From an uncultured virus (IMG/VR IMGVR_UViG_3300033076_001192) (Duplodnaviria > Heunggongvirae > Uroviricota > Caudoviricetes), in IMG/VR virus record IMGVR_UViG_3300033076_001192: a DNA stretch of 64,000 bases; one strand, written 5' to 3'. Every line of letters begins with the position of its first letter. Within the stretch, counting starts at the first letter, position 1. The notes under the pieces are model-generated. The model saw nothing but the letters and a program-made list of their open reading frames with translations. It made no database searches and was not told the DNA's origin. This document shows, piece by piece, positions 50,866 to 60,834 of the stretch. The position numbers and the translations under genes are program-made.

Positions 50866-53016
50866 TTATCCAAAACAATCAAAGTTTTTTTCTACTTCTT
50901 CATTCCATAATTTTTTTACAGAGTTGTATTTTTCTAATTTTGGAGATGTTTTATAGGGTATATTATCTACAGTTTTTGGAGAAAAATTGTAATAATTATT
51001 ATCCATATTAATTTCTAACTTAGAATATACACCTTCATTACCTTGCCTGTTTTCTAATTCATAAATTGCATTATTAACTTTTATAAAATCTTCTGTTGGA
51101 TTAATTACAGATATGAAATCTTCATCAATCACTTGAAAAGTTTTATTACTTTCTTCTAATAGATTTGGATTGTTAATAAATTGAATTCTACTATTCTCTC
51201 TGTTTTGTATTGATGGTGTAATCTCTATTAAATTAGGCAAATGTTTCGATAATAAACTGTATTGTTTTAATTCTTTGCCTAACTCAATATCACTTTTTAA
51301 GTATTCTTTTACAATATCTAAGGTCAACTCATCATTAGATATTAATTCAATACCTTTTTCTGTTATTTTAAAACTATCAAAAAATTCATTCCCTTTATTT
51401 AATAGCCTGGCTACATTAAAATCGGCTATAAATTCATTTGTTAAATATTCAACATCTCCTGAAAAATCTAAAAAATTAATATTTTGTTCTACAGGTTTTA
51501 TATTTTTATAATTAAAATACTTTTTATAACTGTCTATTTCACTTACAGTGTTATCTAAATTAAGATAGTTTCTCAACTCTTCTAAATCCACTTTTTCAAT
51601 TCTATGATAAACATTATTTGTATCTGTTTTTAGTAAAGACATTGTATCAAATAATTCTTTTTCTGATTTACTTGTCTCCAAGTAAACATAATCTCTTTCT
51701 TTTTGTGATATCTTTACATATTCTTTTTTGAAACTATCTTTTATTTTAAATACCTCTTTATATTTTTCAGAAAATGCTGTGGAATCTGTCGGGTCGTTTA
51801 AAAAGCTTTTCAAGCTTGGTAGTAAATCTTTTGTAAAACCTTTTATATCTATTCCATAATTGTAAAGCCATTTTACTAGTTTATCTTCTAATTTAGAAGT
51901 ATCCAATACATCAGGAGCTTCTATCAAAGCATCAATAGCTTCAAAAATAGGGGAATTTTTCTCTACCACTTTTACAGCTTCATCATATACAATACTTGTC
52001 TCTAAAAACTTTCCGTTTTCATCTATTACAGGAATTGCTACATATTCCTCTTTTAATAAAAAATCCGTTTGGTCTGGATTCTTAATTACAGTGTTTTCTA
52101 ACTTTAATGGGTTATTTAATTGTAATTTACCAAATATATTAGTCTCTGTACTTTTTATTTTAAATTCTTCTTTAAAAGGGTACGGCTTATTTTCTATTTT
52201 TTCAGTGTTTTTTAAGCGTTCTAAAGAATCTTTTATAATAGCTTGTAGTTGTATATCATTTAAGATGTTATTTATCTCATATTCAGAATACAAATCGCTT
52301 TTTAAAAGTGATTGTCTGTTTGGGTTAAAAATCCCTTTATTATAAAAAGCTTTTTCTAATATGTTAGACAGTTCTTCTGAATTTTCTATATTGGGAAATT
52401 CTGACATTATTTTTTTAATCTCAATCTGCTCTATTCCATTTAACGAAGATTCATTTTCTTTCTGTTGTCTAGCATATTCTATAACTTTATCTGAGATTAC
52501 CTCTCCATTTTTATCAAAAATAAGGGATTTCTTTCTGTTTCTTCTCATTTCAAATCCGCTAGGTTCTAAATAAAATCCTAATGATTTGTAAAAATTTTTT
52601 AATTTTTCAAAATCCGTTTTTTTATCTCTTGGTTGTATTGTTAGATATACGTCTTCTCCTATTTGGTCTGTATAATCTAGAAAAGTTTTTAAAGCCTCTC
52701 TTGCACTACCTTTTCCCCTATATTCTTCAGGAGTTGTTATTAATTCTAAATCTATTCCTTTTACTTCTTTATTTGTAATTGGATTTATTCTACTTTTAAA
52801 ATTAATAGTTGTATCTTTAATTTTAGTTTCAAAACCCCTCTCTGTGTTTTTTATATTGATAGATTTATAAAATTGTTTTCTAAAACTAGGAGTATAAGAA
52901 AGAACAAACAGATTTTTTGCTTGTTCCTTCCCAACTTTTTGTTCTAGTTCTTTGTATAAAATAGATTCTTCTCCATTAGGAGCATAAAATTTTCCTTTGT
53001 TTATCTGGCAACTCAT
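50866..53016 (-). CDS. putative virion/ejected protein with GNAT-like domain (716 aa)
   Basis: ITTPEEYRGKGSAREAL...VYL...LKNFYKSLGF; N-terminal APNGEESILY. Confidence 0.6.
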   Translation of the reverse strand: MSCQINKGKFYAPNGEESILYKELEQKVGKEQAKNLFVLSYTPSFRKQFYKSINIKNTERGFETKIKDTTINFKSRINPITNKEVKGIDLELITTPEEYRGKGSAREALKTFLDYTDQIGEDVYLTIQPRDKKTDFEKLKNFYKSLGFYLEPSGFEMRRNRKKSLIFDKNGEVISDKVIEYARQQKENESSLNGIEQIEIKKIMSEFPNIENSEELSNILEKAFYNKGIFNPNRQSLLKSDLYSEYEINNILNDIQLQAIIKDSLERLKNTEKIENKPYPFKEEFKIKSTETNIFGKLQLNNPLKLENTVIKNPDQTDFLLKEEYVAIPVIDENGKFLETSIVYDEAVKVVEKNSPIFEAIDALIEAPDVLDTSKLEDKLVKWLYNYGIDIKGFTKDLLPSLKSFLNDPTDSTAFSEKYKEVFKIKDSFKKEYVKISQKERDYVYLETSKSEKELFDTMSLLKTDTNNVYHRIEKVDLEELRNYLNLDNTVSEIDSYKKYFNYKNIKPVEQNINFLDFSGDVEYLTNEFIADFNVARLLNKGNEFFDSFKITEKGIELISNDELTLDIVKEYLKSDIELGKELKQYSLLSKHLPNLIEITPSIQNRENSRIQFINNPNLLEESNKTFQVIDEDFISVINPTEDFIKVNNAIYELENRQGNEGVYSKLEINMDNNYYNFSPKTVDNIPYKTSPKLEKYNSVKKLWNEEVEKNFDCFG

Positions 53017-53204
53017 TAATTAGTAGGCTTTGTAATTCTTAGTAATTCTTTTCTATATCTTTCTTCTTCTGTGTACTCTAAAGCATCGCAGGCTTCTGTG
53101 TATTTTTCAATTAAAATATCAACACATTCTAAATAAGTGTATCTATTAATATTTATACCTAATTGTTTAAATATTGCCAACTGTTGTTTCTGTTTTGCAT
53201 CCAT
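53016..53204 (-). CDS. small hypothetical protein with its own promoter
   Basis: ATG at 53204; TATTTTTG (minus strand) at 53209-53216. Confidence 0.55.
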   Translation of the reverse strand: MDAKQKQQLAIFKQLGININRYTYLECVDILIEKYTEACDALEYTEEERYRKELLRITKPTN

Positions 53205-53227
53205 AGTACAAAAATATAAAAAATTAT

Positions 53228-56200
53228 CTAACATTCCAAGGTTTTTTTAATTTTTTCGTTTGCTTTTGTTTTTATTTGGTTTTCTAAAAACATTAGCCTA
53301 TTTAACTGCTTTCTTATAAACTCTATTCTATCTCTTGTCAATAGTTTTACAGCATCACCTTGTATAGATTTATTACTTAAAGTTCCATCTTCATTAGTGG
53401 TAAAATATAAAGATTTTAAAAAGTTTACATTTTTTCTATTCATTATATCAGAATCTATATCTTCAATATAAGTATTGTCGAAAGCAGTTATAAATCTATT
53501 TTTATCTGATAAATAAGAAGAAGATTCTATTTCTCTTTGTATTTTCTGCATCTCTTTTGTAAGACTCTTTCTTATATCAATCATCTCATTTAACTCTACT
53601 TCCGTGGATGGTAGTATAGTTGTTTGAAAATCTACAGTTATTTTTGGAGAAGATATTTTGTTTTTTTCTAAATCTATTTTTATTTTAGCCTCTTTTTGTA
53701 GATTTTTCTTATCATACTTACTATCTGCTAAATCATTAGCTGTTGTGAATTTTTTGTATTGATTAAGTTTATCTTTTATATTCTCTATCTTACCTGCATC
53801 TAGGGATATCAATTCGAATTCGGAAGGGTTTATTTTTAAAGATATAAGAAGTTCATTAATTTGTTTTACTTTATCTATTTCTTTTACATACTTGTTGTTT
53901 AGGATTAAATCTAATTTATCTACTTGTGGTGAATCCTCCTTAACCATAGATATAGGGTATGCTATAAAATGCTTCCCCTTTTTAAAAACAATCACTGGTA
54001 CTTTTATATCAGAATTATTATTGACAATATTACTTACAAACTGTCTAGTAACTTTATCTTCTAATTTTTTATCTGCTAAAACAACACTGTCTTTTGTTAT
54101 ATATCCTGTAGTTAATATTTCTTCTATAGCGTTTTCTGTAAAAGCTATCTCTTGTGGCATGTCCGAATTATCTAACATTAACTCTGGAGTACCCATAAAT
54201 ATTTCCTTTACTTTTACTTTTATACCTAAATCTATTTCTTTTGGATAACCTGTTAAAGACCCGTTACTTTCAATTTCATTGATAAATTTTTCTGCATATC
54301 TTCTTCTAATTTCTAAAGGAATATCATTCACAATTTCTGTATCTCTGGATGATTTAAAAGTAGATAAATTCTTACCATCTTTTCTTGCAGTTATCTCTAT
54401 AGAACGTTTAATCAATTTCTTTGTTTCTTCCGTGATTTCCCCTTTTTCAGCTAAATCTACTAAAGATTGATTTAGTAAATCTAAATTCCAATCTGTTTTA
54501 AAATCTAGAAATAATGATAATTCGTCTCCTTGTTCTACATTATATATCTCTTCACTTATAGTGTTTGTATTAAATTCACTTTGTTTTTTAACTTTTGTAC
54601 CGTCAGGTAAAGATTCATACACATCCTGGAAAGACCATGTAGCTGTTTTTGAATCAAAAAAAGTCATATTTAAAATGTCTTTGATTTTATTGAAGTCATT
54701 TTCGGCAATCGCTAAAGTAGCTCCTGCACCAACAGTTAGTTTAACATCTCCTAAAATAAACTGTGTTCCTTCTATACTTTGGTTCTCATTAATTAATTTT
54801 TGAGATAGAGGTTTATTTTTATTTAAAATAAAAATATTATCTCTTTTCTCCTTTACAGTCTTTATCTCCGCTATTATAGAATTCTGAGCTAATTTGTTTA
54901 TAAAAGTACTTGCCTTTATATGACTAAAAAATAAAGTAGGTTTATCCTCAACTATTCTTCTTTGAACCACAGCTCCCCCTGATAAATTTTGTAAAATATC
55001 AGGTCTGTATACTGAGCCTAACAAGGCTTTTTGTTCTTCTGTTTGTAATAACTCTATATTATCATCTAAATTATCTAAAGTCTCTTCTTGCTCTACTTCG
55101 CTTTCTAATTGTAGTAATATATCGATTAAATCAGCAAAAGATTGGTTGTCTTCTCCTCTGGCACTATCAATAAGTCTCCAGTCACTCAATTTTTGTTTTA
55201 TTTGTTGATACTCTTCTGTATTCTTATCTAGTTCTTTATATCTATCAATATCCTTTTGTGTGGGTTTTTTTAAAGCTAACTCTTCAAAGTTTTCTCCAAT
55301 ATAGGAAATAGGGTAGAATCTTTCTTTCAATCCATTATTTATCCTTTCTTTTAAAATCTCTATTTCCGTTTTTGGGTTAATAATCTCTTGAGGTTTTTTA
55401 AAATTAGGTTTATTAGGGTTTACTTCTTCTGACTGAATATTTTTAATTTCTTCTAACGCTCTTTTTTCTAAATAATCTTTTTGTAATTTTTCCGAATATT
55501 TATCTAAAGATTTGAAAAAATCTTGAGTAAACTCATTTAAATTTTGATTCTTCAATTTTTTACCTACCCATGAACTAGTACCTTTAAAATCTAATTTTCC
55601 AGAAGATAATCCCATAGCCATCTCTTGATAACCAAAAAAGTTTTCTTTAGCTTTTTGATACTGTTTGGTTAAATCAGCTAATTCATTAAATATTCTTGGA
55701 TTACTTTCTCTATACGATTCAATTATATTATCTACTTTACCTAGGTTTTCATCTAGATTTTCTAAAGTTTCGCTACTAATTACAGCAGACGATAAACTAC
55801 TAGATATATCTAATCCATTTAAATTTTCTCGTTTTATTATTTCATTTTTAACTCTTGTTGTTAAATCTTGTAATTCTTGTTTTTTTAAATTAACTTTTTC
55901 TCCTACTTCTAAAAGTTGTTCAGAAATATTAAAATAATTTGATTGTTGTTCTTGTGTTCCACCACTTTTTACGTCAGAAACTTTCTTTGGTTTAGCTTGT
56001 TCTTTTCTTAATACTTTTTCTAGATTATCGTATTGATTTTTTAAAATTTTTAAGTCTTTAACAGTTCTGTTTACTTCATTTTTCGTTATATTACCTGCCA
56101 CGTTTAAAAGTCTTTCGGCTTGTATGGAATCAACATACTCTTGCCCTATTTTACTAGACATATCTTGAAGTATATCATCCATTAAAAAGTTGGCGGATTC

Positions 56201-58081
56201 CCCTTGTGTTAAAGCAAAAGCTAAAGCTCTTGACTTTGCAGAACTATCGATATCTTTAATGTTTGTAGAAAATAATAAATCAGAATAAGTTCTATTCTCT
56301 TTATAACGTTTCATTAAGCTACCATGAGCTTCTATCACTGTATCTTTGTATTCTTGTATTTGGTCTTTTTCTACTCCTATGTCTTCAAAATCAGAAACAG
56401 ACATATTGTCTAATGCTGTTTTATAGTCTTTTGTTAAACTATTTAAATCTTCATTTACTGTAAATTTATAATCTGCCTGAGCAATAATAGCTTCATTAGA
56501 TGCTAAATGTGCAGAAACCTTATCGTTTTTTTGTTTTGCAGTTTCTGCTTTTTGGATGGCTGTTTGTATTTGATTAGCCATTATACCCTTTTGTTTTAGA
56601 GTAAGTCCTTGGTAAGTGTTAGAATAATCTACAAAATCTGTTTCTTTTTGTTCCGCTTCTTTAAGGTTTGCTTTTCCTTCCCCTGTTAGGACACTAGCTC
56701 CACTACCTATAAGCATACCTATTCCTATCTCTTTCCATCCTTGTTTAGTTCCGTAAGTTTCTGCTAAACTTTCGGATACTGCTCCTAAAATAGAAAAAGT
56801 GTTATTTGCAGACTCTACGTCGTACTGAGAGTCTAACCATTTACCCATAAAATTAGAAGCCACGGATTGTGTACCCTCTTCATATAATCCCTCTGTTACA
56901 GCAGGTTTACCATAAATAAAAGCTTTTTGTAAACCTTTTTGAAATTTTGTAGGTTGTAATACTTTTAAAACACCTTGTTCTGTAATTTCGCTTCCTATAC
57001 CAAAAAAACTTCTATTAGCTACCTTAGTTATAGATTTAAATGGTGAAGGTAATCCTTTCATAACATTCTGACCAAACATAGCTATATTGGAAGGTATTAA
57101 TATAGCAGTGTTTAAAGCAAAAACACCGTTAGATGCATTTGCTATATCTTCTTGTGCTTTTGCTATTTCTTCAGAATTTGGTTGTCTACCGTTCTTTTTA
57201 TAAAAATCTTCGTAGAAATTTTCTTCTGCTTCTTTTTTAAAATGAAGAGCTTCTACACCAGCCTCATATCCAGTAGAAGTAACCGCAAAACGTAACGCAT
57301 TTGTTCCAGCTCCAAGTCTACCCGAAGCAATAGCAAAATCCTTACTTATTTTACCTGCTTGATATGCACCCTCTAAAGGTGCTTTTAAAATATTTTTAAA
57401 GCCGTTTAATGCTTTTGCTGTTTTTGTAAATCCAAGTGCTTTAGTACCCCATTTTGCTCCAGAAAAAGCTAAAGAAGTTCCTCCTGTAAGTCCTGCCCAA
57501 ATACCTTCGGATATTATAGCCCCTGTAGTAAAAGATAAACCTCCTAATAAATCATTAGCTAAAAAATTTGCACTTGTTAAGCTGTCTACAAATCCAGCTT
57601 CTTTTTCTTGCTTGGTATAATAATTTGGTAATTGATAATCTAATTTAGTATTCAAATCATCTAACCATCTAGACATATCATTGTCATACACAGCATCAAA
57701 ACTTCCTTGTTTCATAGCATCAAAAATACCATAGACAGTTCCTACTGTGCCCCCTAGAACTGCATTTTTAGTTTTACCTAAAAATTTATTCATCCCATTA
57801 GCCCACTTATCTCCTGTAGATTGTTCTTGTGCTAATCTTTCTTCATTATCTGTTCCTGGTATATAGTTTTCATACATTAAAACTCTTTCTCCACTATTTA
57901 AATCTTTGTATACGGATTCTTTTTTAAATGGTGTGAAGGCTTCAAACTTTAATTTATCTTGTTGTGGGGATAATAAACTTATAGGTGTTTCCATAGCACT
58001 TCCATTGTTAGTTAGTAATGAAGGTGCAGTGCCAAGTGTTTGTTTTCTTATTTTATCTAGTAATTGCTGAGTATCTGGCAT
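53228..58081 (-). CDS. giant putative internal virion protein (1617 aa)
   Basis: Gly/Ala-rich hydrophobic N-terminal helices, EG.EEG.Q motif, coiled coils. Confidence 0.6.
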   Translation of the reverse strand: MPDTQQLLDKIRKQTLGTAPSLLTNNGSAMETPISLLSPQQDKLKFEAFTPFKKESVYKDLNSGERVLMYENYIPGTDNEERLAQEQSTGDKWANGMNKFLGKTKNAVLGGTVGTVYGIFDAMKQGSFDAVYDNDMSRWLDDLNTKLDYQLPNYYTKQEKEAGFVDSLTSANFLANDLLGGLSFTTGAIISEGIWAGLTGGTSLAFSGAKWGTKALGFTKTAKALNGFKNILKAPLEGAYQAGKISKDFAIASGRLGAGTNALRFAVTSTGYEAGVEALHFKKEAEENFYEDFYKKNGRQPNSEEIAKAQEDIANASNGVFALNTAILIPSNIAMFGQNVMKGLPSPFKSITKVANRSFFGIGSEITEQGVLKVLQPTKFQKGLQKAFIYGKPAVTEGLYEEGTQSVASNFMGKWLDSQYDVESANNTFSILGAVSESLAETYGTKQGWKEIGIGMLIGSGASVLTGEGKANLKEAEQKETDFVDYSNTYQGLTLKQKGIMANQIQTAIQKAETAKQKNDKVSAHLASNEAIIAQADYKFTVNEDLNSLTKDYKTALDNMSVSDFEDIGVEKDQIQEYKDTVIEAHGSLMKRYKENRTYSDLLFSTNIKDIDSSAKSRALAFALTQGESANFLMDDILQDMSSKIGQEYVDSIQAERLLNVAGNITKNEVNRTVKDLKILKNQYDNLEKVLRKEQAKPKKVSDVKSGGTQEQQSNYFNISEQLLEVGEKVNLKKQELQDLTTRVKNEIIKRENLNGLDISSSLSSAVISSETLENLDENLGKVDNIIESYRESNPRIFNELADLTKQYQKAKENFFGYQEMAMGLSSGKLDFKGTSSWVGKKLKNQNLNEFTQDFFKSLDKYSEKLQKDYLEKRALEEIKNIQSEEVNPNKPNFKKPQEIINPKTEIEILKERINNGLKERFYPISYIGENFEELALKKPTQKDIDRYKELDKNTEEYQQIKQKLSDWRLIDSARGEDNQSFADLIDILLQLESEVEQEETLDNLDDNIELLQTEEQKALLGSVYRPDILQNLSGGAVVQRRIVEDKPTLFFSHIKASTFINKLAQNSIIAEIKTVKEKRDNIFILNKNKPLSQKLINENQSIEGTQFILGDVKLTVGAGATLAIAENDFNKIKDILNMTFFDSKTATWSFQDVYESLPDGTKVKKQSEFNTNTISEEIYNVEQGDELSLFLDFKTDWNLDLLNQSLVDLAEKGEITEETKKLIKRSIEITARKDGKNLSTFKSSRDTEIVNDIPLEIRRRYAEKFINEIESNGSLTGYPKEIDLGIKVKVKEIFMGTPELMLDNSDMPQEIAFTENAIEEILTTGYITKDSVVLADKKLEDKVTRQFVSNIVNNNSDIKVPVIVFKKGKHFIAYPISMVKEDSPQVDKLDLILNNKYVKEIDKVKQINELLISLKINPSEFELISLDAGKIENIKDKLNQYKKFTTANDLADSKYDKKNLQKEAKIKIDLEKNKISSPKITVDFQTTILPSTEVELNEMIDIRKSLTKEMQKIQREIESSSYLSDKNRFITAFDNTYIEDIDSDIMNRKNVNFLKSLYFTTNEDGTLSNKSIQGDAVKLLTRDRIEFIRKQLNRLMFLENQIKTKANEKIKKTLEC

Positions 58082-60753
58082 TATTTTCTGTTTAAAATAC
58101 TTTCTATAGTTTCGTACTGGTATTTATTTATCCATTCTGCTGTTTCCATGTATAATCTACCTGAATCTAGTTCTGTTAAAGAAGATAAGGAGAGTTTTAA
58201 GTCTCTTCTTCCATCTGGATATTCAATATTTATAGCAGAAGTTAATTTACCATTCTGTACACTATACACTGGTTTATATTTAGCTTTTAATATTTGTTCT
58301 ATATATTGTAATTTATTTTGGTCTATTCTAGAATCTTGTTTAACATCCTCTAGTACTTCTTCTGGAGACTGAAACATAGTTCCTTTTAGAGTACTTTTAT
58401 TAAACATACTTACATATACCTCTGATGATATTAAATCAGGTCTATTTTTATATAATGTCGTGAATCTTTGAAAATTTTCCTCTTTATTTTTTGGCTCAAA
58501 TTGATATTTAGGTAGAACTAAATTTGGATTTAAAAAACTCTTATTCCAACTATCTTGAGCTAATTGAAATTTTGAATTAGTATCTTCATCTAATTTATCT
58601 AATAATACGTTGGTTGTTTCTGCTTTATTACCACTACCGATAGTAAAAAATACTCTGTATTTATCCCCTTCTTTTTTAAGTGTAAAATTATTTTTATCGC
58701 TCGGTATTATATCTGGATTATTAGCTTGAATTGCTTGAGCTATTTTTAATGCATAAGGAGCTTGATTTTTATCTTCTGTGGAAAATGAAAATGCTTTTAG
58801 ACTTGTCAAATTTCCTTCAATGTTTTTAGCTTTGTTATCTACACTCTTAACTACACTAGTGAAAAAATTTCTAATGGAGGTATTTGCATCTTTATTAGTA
58901 TCTTCTGATGTGTCTATCTCTGAAAGATTTGTATCCTCAGAAAAAGGTGATGTACTTTTAAGAGGTGTTAAAAGATTTATTCCAAATAAAGGATTACTTA
59001 CATAGTTTGGATTGTAAGTGTATTTAGGAACTCTGCTATAAGTTGTATCAACTACTTTTGAAAGAGATTTAACTTTTTCAGAAGGATGGTTTTCTAACTG
59101 TGCTTTTATACTATTTAAAGATTTTTCCAACAGTGTTTTTTCTCTGTCCGAGACTCCAGAAGCATATAAATTCATACTAGACCCTATCTCTAACATTACT
59201 GCCTTTTGAATATTTTTATCCAGGTCATCAAATTTTCTACCTGTTTTTAATTGGGAAACTGTAATAGGCATTGTCTGTGCCAAATTATTAAGATTTGGAG
59301 TTTTTATATTATTATAAACTTCTGTAGCTGTTTTTTTTAATTCGGTGGTAGTAATATTTATTAAATCAGCGTATCCTTTTTGTGCAGATTTAAAATTAGT
59401 TATTAAATTTTGACGTGTTAAATCGTTTCCTTCTAATGTTGGGTCATCTGCTTTTAACGCAACTTTATAAGCCCATTGCTCAGAAGGGTTTTTACTATTA
59501 TACCCATTTTCATTAGTAGATTTTAGATAAGCATCTAATACTTTATCTGAAGAAACTAACTCTTTATTAATTAATTTTTCCGCTGGTTCTATAACAGAAT
59601 CACTTGTTTTAGGTAATTCTGTTATTGTAGGTAGTAACGCTTTTTCCTGTAAAGTATTTCCTTTTTCTTTTGCTTGTACCTCTCTTAATTTTAATTGGTA
59701 ATTTGCTAAATCCTTTTCTTTTTGATAAGCAAATTTCATCATCTGAAAAGGTACATCGTCTCTTTTAACATCTGTTATTAATTCATAATCATAGTCAGAA
59801 GCTATATCTTGTAATATACTCTGTTTATATATAGAGTAAATATCATAATTTTTATTATCCACTTGCGTTTTTAAGTCCGAAATTTTAGAGCCAATATTAT
59901 CTATTTTATTTTGAATCTCTAGTTTTTTATCTCCAGTAGAAGCTTTTAATTCTGCCTCTAAAGAAGCTTTTTCAACGCCATATTCTTTTATCTTATTTTT
60001 TAAAGGTGTTTCCACCATGCTTGATAAAGTATTGTTATCTAACTTACCTAATGTTTGTCTAGCATTTATTTTCAGTTGCTCTTGTTCATCTGGGTCTAAT
60101 GAAGATTCTAATTTATTATAAACATCTTGCATAGAAACTCTTTCTCCGTAAGTATCTGTTAAATAATACTCTCCAGAAGTACTGTCTAATAGTTGCTTCT
60201 TTCCTATCAGTTTTGAATATTCTTCTGCTTTTTTATTAAGTTTATCTGTTACATTTACAAAATTTTTATATGTTAAATTGCCAAGTTTTTTAGTATTTCC
60301 TTTCATGTAATCTGAAAAACCTCCTAAGTCTAACGCATCTTGGTAATTAATATCTGAATATTTTTCAGGTGTTTTCTCTTTTATCTTGGAAACTTGTTGA
60401 TTGAAATTATCATACAATGCTTTATTTTTAATAGCATTTTGTACTATAGGGTCTTCTACCACAGACTTTAAAGAAGAAAGTAAAGAATCTGTTGTTGAAG
60501 ACAAGGAATAATCTTTGTTACTATAGCTATTAATAGTGTTTTGTGCCTCTTTTAATTTAGAAGCAATATATTGATTTTCATCATCTCTTAACCCTTTTAA
60601 ATTATTTTTGTATAATTCTAGAGTTTGCTCTACTCTTGCTTTATTAGCATCATATTTTCCTTGTTTTATAGTTAAAACTTTTTCAATCAAGGGTTGATTA
60701 ATACTTGATTCTGGTTTTACTACAGGATATGGTTGTGAAAGATAATTACTCAT
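58081..60753 (-). CDS. putative internal virion protein (890 aa)
   Basis: KQGKYD N-terminal motif, helical; in the giant-gene cluster. Confidence 0.55.
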   Translation of the reverse strand: MSNYLSQPYPVVKPESSINQPLIEKVLTIKQGKYDANKARVEQTLELYKNNLKGLRDDENQYIASKLKEAQNTINSYSNKDYSLSSTTDSLLSSLKSVVEDPIVQNAIKNKALYDNFNQQVSKIKEKTPEKYSDINYQDALDLGGFSDYMKGNTKKLGNLTYKNFVNVTDKLNKKAEEYSKLIGKKQLLDSTSGEYYLTDTYGERVSMQDVYNKLESSLDPDEQEQLKINARQTLGKLDNNTLSSMVETPLKNKIKEYGVEKASLEAELKASTGDKKLEIQNKIDNIGSKISDLKTQVDNKNYDIYSIYKQSILQDIASDYDYELITDVKRDDVPFQMMKFAYQKEKDLANYQLKLREVQAKEKGNTLQEKALLPTITELPKTSDSVIEPAEKLINKELVSSDKVLDAYLKSTNENGYNSKNPSEQWAYKVALKADDPTLEGNDLTRQNLITNFKSAQKGYADLINITTTELKKTATEVYNNIKTPNLNNLAQTMPITVSQLKTGRKFDDLDKNIQKAVMLEIGSSMNLYASGVSDREKTLLEKSLNSIKAQLENHPSEKVKSLSKVVDTTYSRVPKYTYNPNYVSNPLFGINLLTPLKSTSPFSEDTNLSEIDTSEDTNKDANTSIRNFFTSVVKSVDNKAKNIEGNLTSLKAFSFSTEDKNQAPYALKIAQAIQANNPDIIPSDKNNFTLKKEGDKYRVFFTIGSGNKAETTNVLLDKLDEDTNSKFQLAQDSWNKSFLNPNLVLPKYQFEPKNKEENFQRFTTLYKNRPDLISSEVYVSMFNKSTLKGTMFQSPEEVLEDVKQDSRIDQNKLQYIEQILKAKYKPVYSVQNGKLTSAINIEYPDGRRDLKLSLSSLTELDSGRLYMETAEWINKYQYETIESILNRK

Positions 60754-60766
60754 AATTATTTATAGG

Positions 60767-60806
60767 AAAAAGCCCCTTAACTTTTAAGTGTTAAAGGGCA
60801 AAATTA
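60767..60806 (-). terminator. hairpin/terminator overlapping a TAATTTTG promoter-like element
   Basis: gcccnttaac/gttaaagggc stem with A-tract. Confidence 0.5.
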
Positions 60807-60834
60807 GTAAAAGATTTTATATTTACAAAATATA

